Below, one piece after another: positions 10,756 through 17,246 of a DNA stretch of 54,763 bases. This DNA comes from Akkermansiaceae bacterium (lineage in GTDB: Bacteria > Verrucomicrobiota > Verrucomicrobiia > Verrucomicrobiales > Akkermansiaceae). The first letter of the stretch is position 1. Each line of letters begins with the position of its first letter. The notes below the pieces were generated by a model. The model saw only the letters and a list, made by a program, of their open reading frames with translations. It did not search any database and was not told the origin of the DNA. The translations under genes were made by a program, and so were the position numbers. The stretch is from the NCBI GenBank assembly GCA_051251915.1, contig JBPOGF010000022.1, positions 1 to 54,763 on the forward strand, given 5' to 3'.

Positions 10756-10819
10756 CAAACATTCAACCGAACTATCCAAATCAAGAAATCACCAAAACAA
10801 ACCACAAAAATAATAGACA

Positions 10820-11398
10820 ATGAAAACAAGACAAAATAAATTAGGAACCTACCTCACCGTGACGGTTGGGGCAGGATGTGTTGCATCTGTAGCTGAAGGT
10901 GCCGTGACATTTTATGGGCCTGGAGCGCAGAATCCTTTTACAGATCCGGCAACTCCTAGCGGTTTTGCGTTCCAAACCGGGGTGGTGGATTATCTCTCTT
11001 CTACTCTTACAGCTTTCAGATACAATGACGCTTTTAAAAGCTCGACAACGTTTACCCGTGGAGAAGATCTGGTAGGAAGCGATCTGAATTACAGCGGAGC
11101 TTATATAGGGTTGTATGGAAGTACGTTTGGAGCCGAGACTGGGACAGAGAATTACGCCAACATCTCTCTTAATGGGCCGGATAATACGTTTGAGTCAGTC
11201 GGGCAGTTCTACTTCGATATGACGGGTGGGGGCTACCTGATAGCGCTGGCCACGAACGAGGACGGTTCCACATTAAGTATATCGGGAGGCAAAGCCCTGA
11301 TCGACTCAGCAGCCGTCCCAGAACCATCCAGCCTAGCACTCCTAGCACTCGGAGCCACTGGCCTCCTCACCCGCCGTCAGCGCAAGAAAGTAGCTTAA
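10820..11398 (+). CDS. PEP-CTERM protein, QNKLGxYL-leader family (copy A)
   Basis: VPEPSSLALLALGATGLLTRRQRKK; shares NYANIS / VGQFYFD / GGGYLIA with downstream paralogues. Confidence 0.9.
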   Translation: MKTRQNKLGTYLTVTVGAGCVASVAEGAVTFYGPGAQNPFTDPATPSGFAFQTGVVDYLSSTLTAFRYNDAFKSSTTFTRGEDLVGSDLNYSGAYIGLYGSTFGAETGTENYANISLNGPDNTFESVGQFYFDMTGGGYLIALATNEDGSTLSISGGKALIDSAAVPEPSSLALLALGATGLLTRRQRKKVA

Positions 11399-11407
11399 TA
11401 AGAACAT

Positions 11408-11448
11408 GCAAAATACGAAGGGTAGTCAGACTACTCTTCGTATTTTGC
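11408..11448 (+). terminator. long hairpin (terminator or RNA-stabilising stem)
   Basis: gcaaaatacgaagggtagtc-a-gactactcttcgtattttgc, about 20-bp arms. Confidence 0.65.
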
Positions 11449-11539
11449 TCATATTCCCATCAATTTATCGGCAAGTATTTCCTTATGGAGGCCAACTCCC
11501 ATCTCTCACGTTAAAGACTATCAACTTCCTTATTCCTCA

Positions 11540-12436
11540 ATGATCATCCGCCCCGCATACCCAGACGAGCTCGGCAGGGCCAAGTCACTGCTCAATGGCC
11601 ACCCCGTGCCCTCTCATGCCAGCTTCCTCGTCGCTGTCAAGGAACAGCCAGTGGAGCGCCTTATCGCCACCATCCCATGGTGGAAGGTCGCTAGGAGTCC
11701 ACAGCTGCAGGATTCTACAGAAGTGGACATCCGTTATCATCTCGCCAGCTCTGGTGCCGTAGCTTGGTCTTCAGAGAGTCTGAATGACATTCAGACACAG
11801 CTCGAAGCGATCGCCAAAGAAGAGGATGCCAGCGCCATCTATACTGACTTCTCCCTCCCAGAAGATCACCCACTTTATCAGAGACTCATCCAGCAGGGCT
11901 ATGAAGTCTGCCAGACGGATCGCCACTTCAGTGTTCCTGGGGAAACTGTGAAATCACGCTCATTACGGATCTATAAGCGGCTGAAGAATCGCCTGCCTGA
12001 CCAGTGGAGAGTAGAGTCCATCAGAGGTCATGACCCACAGCCCATCTATGCACTCATCGCTGAGAACCAGCTCATGACACCTCAGCAGTTTCAGAGCTAC
12101 TGGAAGTCTGACCGCGGTGAGCACTTTGAGGGGGATTACTCCTTTATCGTTTTTGATGGGGAGAAGATGATCGCGCTCTTCCTCGTCAGCCGTAGGGGGC
12201 AGGATGAGCTCCATACTCACGTAGAATGTGTCCACCCAGATCACATGCTTCACTCAGCCCTCCTCTCCGCCACGCTCAGGAATGCCTCGTTTTCTCAATG
12301 CCCAGAAGGATTCCCAAAGGTATTCACCTGCAGAGCAGACTCTGAGAAACACCAGCAAACAGGAAACAGCGCCCTCCGCAATGGAGGCACAGAAGCCCCA
12401 CCACGGCTTTTCCTAAGAAAACCCACGCATTCTTAA
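11540..12436 (+). CDS. putative tandem GNAT-fold acyltransferase-like protein
   Basis: MIIRPA start, YQRLIQQGY, SFIVFDGEKMIALFLV, ECVHPDH, ALRNGG resemble GNAT motifs; divergent. Confidence 0.55.
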   Translation: MIIRPAYPDELGRAKSLLNGHPVPSHASFLVAVKEQPVERLIATIPWWKVARSPQLQDSTEVDIRYHLASSGAVAWSSESLNDIQTQLEAIAKEEDASAIYTDFSLPEDHPLYQRLIQQGYEVCQTDRHFSVPGETVKSRSLRIYKRLKNRLPDQWRVESIRGHDPQPIYALIAENQLMTPQQFQSYWKSDRGEHFEGDYSFIVFDGEKMIALFLVSRRGQDELHTHVECVHPDHMLHSALLSATLRNASFSQCPEGFPKVFTCRADSEKHQQTGNSALRNGGTEAPPRLFLRKPTHS

Positions 12437-12463
12437 GCCCTTATTCTTAAACCCTCATTCCTA

Positions 12464-12848
12464 ATGACCACCCCGTATCACCCCCACCGTGACCTGGCCG
12501 ACTTCCTCGGTTCAGCTTACCTGTGGCTATGTGATACGCAGGAAAAGGCATTATCGAACCATGGCGTATGGCATCTGCGCAGCAGTTGGAAGACCCTGCG
12601 CCCTAAGCTGGAGCAGCATCCGGACAAGACCTGTATCGGCCGCCTGCATGATGAGCGCGGCTTTGACTTTTTGGGCATCCAGTTCACAGGCAGGGGAGAG
12701 CGCTCTCCCTCCGCTGTGAGCCAGGCCCGACACACAGAGAAAACTGCTCGGTTTTACGAGCAAGGTGCTTCGCGAGAACGCATCGAGCAGTATCGACAGA
12801 ACTGGCAACGCTACCTCCGCGGAATCCTCGGAGATGAAGCGCCAGCTA
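12464..12848 (+). pseudogene. reverse transcriptase relic with in-frame deletion of the catalytic core
   Basis: N-terminal AYLWLC...VWHLRSSW joined directly (nt 12617) to HPDKTCIGR...GFDFLG (RT motif 7) and thumb R(F/L)YEQGA...YRQNWQRY; no YxDD; ORF runs on to 13087 out of frame with the next gene. Confidence 0.75.
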
Positions 12849-13040
12849 GCAAAACGAACGCCGGGCACCGCCCGCATCCCCGCGCTATGCCGCCATCCGT
12901 TCTATCTTCTCATCACCACTCTCCCCGTCACCGATGTTCGATGACGGGAGTCATAACAAATAATAAAAATAAAAAAGATGAAAATAAAAAGACAAAACAA
13001 ACTAGGAACCTACCTCGCTGTGACCGCTGGGGCAGGATGT
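12732..13040 (+). repeat. repeat copy 1: RT 3' end + hairpin + leader of PEP-CTERM gene
   Basis: Aligns to 13836-14140 (+1104) and 14902-15205; 12753-12848 identical in all three. Confidence 0.95.
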
Positions 13041-13634
13041 GCTACCAGTGTAGCTCAAGCTTCGGTTGTCTTCTATGGTGTCGATAGCGCTAACGATACG
13101 AACGTAAACCCTAATGGAATAAATATTACTTTCTCTGGAAAAATGTCGGGCGTGGTGTCCATGTCTGGGGATACAAGCGATGCAATATTTAATGTGAGCA
13201 GCACGTCGGTAGCATTTACAAATGGGTCAGACCTGGACATATTTAGAGCTTACAATTCACCCACACACCGCACCTACTCCAATCTACAAAATGGAGCAGC
13301 AGAAGGTGACCTAAATTATGCTAATATTGATTTTAATAACGATGGCGTCTATGAGGCGGTAGGACAATTTAATTTTGGAGCAATTAACGGAGATGGATTT
13401 CTTGTAGCCTTAGCTTTCGTTGAAGGGACGACTCTAGCAGACGGTACTACGTTACTAACATCTGAGAATTCACCCATTGATCTATCCACCCTCACGAATA
13501 CGAGTGGATTAACTATCAGTGCAGGCAAAGCATTGATCGATGCGGCAGCGGTGCCAGAACCATCGAGTATCGCTCTCCTCGCCCTGGGCTCAGCAGGTCT
13601 CCTCGCTCGCCGTAAGCGTCAGGTGGCAGCTTAA
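12978..13634 (+). CDS. PEP-CTERM protein, QNKLGxYL-leader family (copy B)
   Basis: MKIKRQNKLGTYLAVT leader; VPEPSSIALLALGSAGLLARRKRQVAA. Confidence 0.9.
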   Translation: MKIKRQNKLGTYLAVTAGAGCATSVAQASVVFYGVDSANDTNVNPNGINITFSGKMSGVVSMSGDTSDAIFNVSSTSVAFTNGSDLDIFRAYNSPTHRTYSNLQNGAAEGDLNYANIDFNNDGVYEAVGQFNFGAINGDGFLVALAFVEGTTLADGTTLLTSENSPIDLSTLTNTSGLTISAGKALIDAAAVPEPSSIALLALGSAGLLARRKRQVAA

Positions 13635-13835
13635 GGTTACTGAGAACTTAAACCTATAGAATGAGGAATGAAGAAATGAGCCGCTGCGAAATGATGAGGG
13701 GAACTAGAGAGATCACTATCACGTGTAGTATTTCTGATCACCATTCTTCAGTTGAGCTTCAGGATTGATTCCCGATTTCCTCATTCATCATTCATTCCCC
13801 ACAACATAATTTTTCCAATACACAACAACCTTTAA
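13635..13835 (+). repeat. ~200-bp inter-unit spacer, copy 1 (self-complementary)
   Basis: Homologous to 14703-14901; arms 13659-13677 / 13775-13793; inner hairpin 13708-13735. Confidence 0.85.
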
Positions 13836-14140
13836 ACACAGAGAAAACTGCTCGGCTTTACGAGCAAGGTGCTTCGCGAGAACGCATCGAGCAGTATCGA
13901 CAGAACTGGCAACGCTACCTCCGCGGAATCCTCGGAGATGAAGCGCCAGCTACCAAAATGAACGCCGGGCACCCCCCGCACCCCAGCCCTATGCATCCAT
14001 CCGTTCTGTCTTCTCATCACCACTCTCACCGTCACCGATGTGCGATGACGGGAGTTATAACAAACAACAAAAATAATGATGAAAATAAAAAGACAAAACA
14101 AACTAGGAACCTACCTCGCCGTGACCGTTGGGGCTGGATG
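13836..14140 (+). repeat. repeat copy 2: RT 3' end + hairpin + leader
   Basis: Starts acacagagaaaactgctcg; one frame encodes TEKTARLYEQGASRERIEQY with no start codon. Confidence 0.95.
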
Positions 14141-14702
14141 TGCTGTCAGCGTAGCTGAAGCTTCGGTGACCTTCTATGGGGTTGATAGCGCTAACGATAC
14201 GAATCTAGATCCAGCAGGGATTTCCTTTGGAATCCGTGGCGGCTATTTTGCTGTGGATGCCGAAAGTGACTATGATTCCGTATTCTTATACAACAGTGGT
14301 ATCGGCTACTTTACTAGAGGTGATGATTTGGAAGCCTCGTCGGTGCTTGGTATCGCCGCTCGGTATTCTTTCACGACGGGGGGGTTTAGTGGTGGTGCGG
14401 GTGCGGTGGCGGGCTCGAATAATTATGCGAATATCAGCTTCAACGGGACTGACAGCGTTTATGAGGCTGTAGCTCAATTCTATTTTGACGGGGCCGGCGG
14501 CGGTCGCCTGATCGCAATCGCAACCACCAATGCGGTTCCCGACCCAACGGACTTGTCTATGGTAGGTGGAGCTGCACTCAGTATCAGCGACGGCAAAGCA
14601 TTGATCGATGCGGCAGCTGTGCCAGAACCATCAAGTATCGCTCTCCTCGCCCTAGGCTCAGCGGGTCTCCTCGCTCGGCGTAAGCGTCAGGTGGCTGCTT
14701 AA
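14076..14702 (+). CDS. PEP-CTERM protein, QNKLGxYL-leader family (copy C)
   Basis: Same leader and C-terminus as copy B; start may be 14079. Confidence 0.9.
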   Translation: MMKIKRQNKLGTYLAVTVGAGCAVSVAEASVTFYGVDSANDTNLDPAGISFGIRGGYFAVDAESDYDSVFLYNSGIGYFTRGDDLEASSVLGIAARYSFTTGGFSGGAGAVAGSNNYANISFNGTDSVYEAVAQFYFDGAGGGRLIAIATTNAVPDPTDLSMVGGAALSISDGKALIDAAAVPEPSSIALLALGSAGLLARRKRQVAA

Positions 14703-14901
14703 GGTTACTGAGAACTTAAACCTATAGAATGAGGAATGAAGAAAGGAGCCGCTGCGAAATGAAGGTGGAAATAGAGAGAGCACTATCTCACGTAGTATTT
14801 CTTATTGCCGTTCTTCAGTGGAGCAGCGGTTTGCTTTCCGATTTTCTCATTCTAAATTCATTCCCCAAAACACAATTTTCCCAATACACAACAACCTTTA
14901 A
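14703..14901 (+). repeat. ~200-bp inter-unit spacer, copy 2 (self-complementary)
   Basis: gccgctgc/gcagcggt, tgaag/cttca, aata/tatt and acta/tagt nested arms. Confidence 0.85.
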
Positions 14902-15205
14902 ACACAGAGAAAACTGCTCGTCTTTACGAGCAAGGTGCTTCGCGAGAACGCATCGAGCAGTATCGACAGAACTGGCAACGCTACCTCCGCGGAATCCTCG
15001 GAGATGAAGCGCCAGCTACCAAAATGAACGCCGGGCACCCCCCGCCCCCTGCCCTATGCCGCCATCCGTTCTGTCTTCTCATCACCACTCTCCCCGTCAC
15101 TGATGTTCGATGACGGGAGTCATAACAAACAACAACAAAAATGATGAAAATAAAAAGACAAAACAAACTAGGAGCTTACCTCGCCGTGACCGCTGGGGTA
15201 GGATG
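14902..15205 (+). repeat. repeat copy 3: RT 3' end + hairpin + leader
   Basis: +1066 from copy 2; 1-nt deletion in the C-rich tract near 15040. Confidence 0.95.
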
Positions 15206-15779
15206 TGCTGCATCCGCAGCTAACGCTGCAGTGGTGTTTTACGGGATTGATAAAGCCAATGACACTAACAATGATCCGGATGGTATAAAATTTGGACTAT
15301 TTAATAAGGGTGGTTTCTATTTGTATAGCCCAAATTTCACACAATCAACCGATGCCGTGATCGCAACGAGTGCCGGATTTGACTATTTTACGGGGGGGGG
15401 CGATCTAGTGGCAAGCAACGGTTATTCGCTAGCTGGTTATGCGAGTAGCTTTGGCACGGGTTTTAGTTTTCAGCGTGGAGCGTCGGCCGGATCGAATAAT
15501 TATGCGAATATCAGCTTCGACGGGGATGACGACGTTTATGAGGCTGTAGGGCAATTTTACTTTGACAGGGCCGGCGGAGGTTACCTGATCGCAATCGCAA
15601 CCACCAATGCGGTTCCCGACCCAACGGACTTGTCTATGGTAGGTGGAGCGGCACTCAGTATAAGCGCTGGTAAAGCCATGATCGATGCGGCTGCGGTGCC
15701 AGAACCATCTAGTGTCGCGCTCCTCGCCCTAGGCTCAGCAGGTCTCCTCGCACGCCGTCAGCGTAAGAGGGTAGCTTAG
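15141..15779 (+). CDS. PEP-CTERM protein, QNKLGxYL-leader family (copy D)
   Basis: Leader MKIKRQNKLGAYLAVT; VPEPSSVALLALGSAGLLARRQRKR; start may be 15144. Confidence 0.9.
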   Translation: MMKIKRQNKLGAYLAVTAGVGCAASAANAAVVFYGIDKANDTNNDPDGIKFGLFNKGGFYLYSPNFTQSTDAVIATSAGFDYFTGGGDLVASNGYSLAGYASSFGTGFSFQRGASAGSNNYANISFDGDDDVYEAVGQFYFDRAGGGYLIAIATTNAVPDPTDLSMVGGAALSISAGKAMIDAAAVPEPSSVALLALGSAGLLARRQRKRVA

Positions 15780-15797
15780 TCAGAGCATTTTATTTAT

Positions 15798-15829
15798 GGA
15801 GGGTAGACACGCTGCCCTCCGTTTTCTTT
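15798..15829 (+). terminator. rho-independent terminator ending the array
   Basis: ggagggtag-acacg-ctgccctcc followed by a T-rich tract. Confidence 0.7.
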
Positions 15830-16019
15830 GTAACTATGCTTCAAACTATGGCCAATAAGTTCCTAATGTTGGAGCTTGCTTTGTTGGTGTTTAGTCAAGA
15901 AATATCTCATCTTAAAGTAATCATTCGTCAAGGCGTTGTAGAGCTCTGACCAAACCAAATTTCAGAACTTTTTATGGCTCATGGCTCAGCATGATTACTT
16001 GAGAACGTGATCTCAGATA

Positions 16020-16069
16020 GCTTCAGCGTGCGATATTGGGGTTTCAGCGTGTGATATTGGGGTTTCAGC
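16020..16069 (+). promoter_or_regulatory. three G(T/C)TTCAGC boxes at 21-bp period; candidate LytTR operator (copy 2)
   Basis: Boxes at 16020, 16041, 16062; similarity to the 7886-7990 region continues to about 16120. Confidence 0.7.
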
Positions 16070-16312
16070 CTATTGGTGATGGAAATTTATGGAGTGTGAT
16101 ACTGTTTTGTTTTATGAAGGATCGTCATCTAACTGGTGATCATTCATTGAGTCTGGATGCAGTAGAAACGCCTGGATAAGGGTGTTGTCTTGGCTGAGTC
16201 ATTAGATTGGGCGCAGCTGTCTATTCACTGAATGAAGACTAGGTAGAAGGATGAAATAGGTTGCCCTTTGGCTGAACTAAAGGGTGATGAAATATAATAG
16301 AAAAAGATAATC

Positions 16313-16933
16313 ATGAACCATTCATTGAAGAAAAGTTGGATCCTACCAGTGTTGAGCTGTGTGGTGATAGGTGTGCCGAGTCAAAGCGATGCGGCAGTCG
16401 TTGTGAAGTTTACAGAAGTGGATGCTGGCGGAGGACAGAAGAATGTTCTTACGACATGGACAGGCACGTTAGAAACTGGTAATTTCTCATTTGAATTTAG
16501 TAATAACGTTACAGGTCTGTCTCCTAACTCATTCGTAATTCAAACTGGTGCGATTGACTATTGGACTGGGACTGGTGCGACAGTATCAGATCTAGAGAAT
16601 ACTCAACTTAGCTCTATGAACTCTATTGCTGGTGTCTCATCTATCACGGGGGCTGCCTCTTTTGGGATTGAGGGTTCTTATTTCACCTATGAAAGTGAAA
16701 TTTCTGGCGCTGATGCTAGTGTTATTAACTTTGATGCATCACTGCATAGTATTACGATTTACAATACTACTCTAGCGCTTCTTGGTGCTGAGAATTTGGA
16801 TAATACGTTGGCTTGGACATCTTCTACTGGAGATACGGTTAGTTACACGACGGTGACGAGTGTGCCAGAGCCTTCTTCAACTTTGCTTCTTGGGTTAGGG
16901 GCTTTTGGGTTGACGGTTAGACGTAGGCGATAA
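16313..16933 (+). CDS. PEP-CTERM protein
   Basis: Signal peptide; VPEPSSTLLLGLGAFGLTVRRRR. Confidence 0.9.
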   Translation: MNHSLKKSWILPVLSCVVIGVPSQSDAAVVVKFTEVDAGGGQKNVLTTWTGTLETGNFSFEFSNNVTGLSPNSFVIQTGAIDYWTGTGATVSDLENTQLSSMNSIAGVSSITGAASFGIEGSYFTYESEISGADASVINFDASLHSITIYNTTLALLGAENLDNTLAWTSSTGDTVSYTTVTSVPEPSSTLLLGLGAFGLTVRRRR

Positions 16934-16984
16934 GCTGGGTTGATACTTTTTTGAATTATCATTTGTTTGATGTATTCATGTCAT

Positions 16985-17018
16985 AAAGGCACGGGGCTTT
17001 ATAGTTCCGTGTCTTTTT
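16985..17018 (+). terminator. rho-independent terminator
   Basis: aaaggcacggggct...agttccgtgtcttt then Ts. Confidence 0.7.
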
Positions 17019-17246
17019 ATTGTCTATTTTTTGAGGGAGAGAAGGGGGTGAGTTTAGAGCAGCAGGGGTTATCTGCTGTTTGTAGTAGTGGGGCTATTAT
17101 TTCGCCGTCGTAGAGGTTGAGATTCTGGCATAGGTGAATACTAGATCATCCAATTATTCTGTTGGATGTGTTAGATTTATTTTTTGCTGTCTCATTTAAT
17201 TATTTTTTTGATTGTTAGGTTTTTGATTCGTGACGTATTCTACTTC

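Noticed and set aside
12849..13087. Functional C-terminal extension of the RT ORF, or an RT-PEP-CTERM fusion
   Set aside because: Low-complexity read-through in a different frame from the PEP-CTERM gene; the frame is broken in copy 3.
13678..14832. Group II intron domain V (gagccgctgcg in both spacers)
   Set aside because: It resembles the start of domain V but lacks the compact ~34-nt hairpin with bulge and a following domain VI, and it lies upstream rather than downstream of the RT tail.
12464..15779. Diversity-generating retroelement (RT plus repeated genes)
   Set aside because: No TR/VR pair differing specifically at adenines, no Avd-like gene, and the RT lacks YxDD; variation is segmental.
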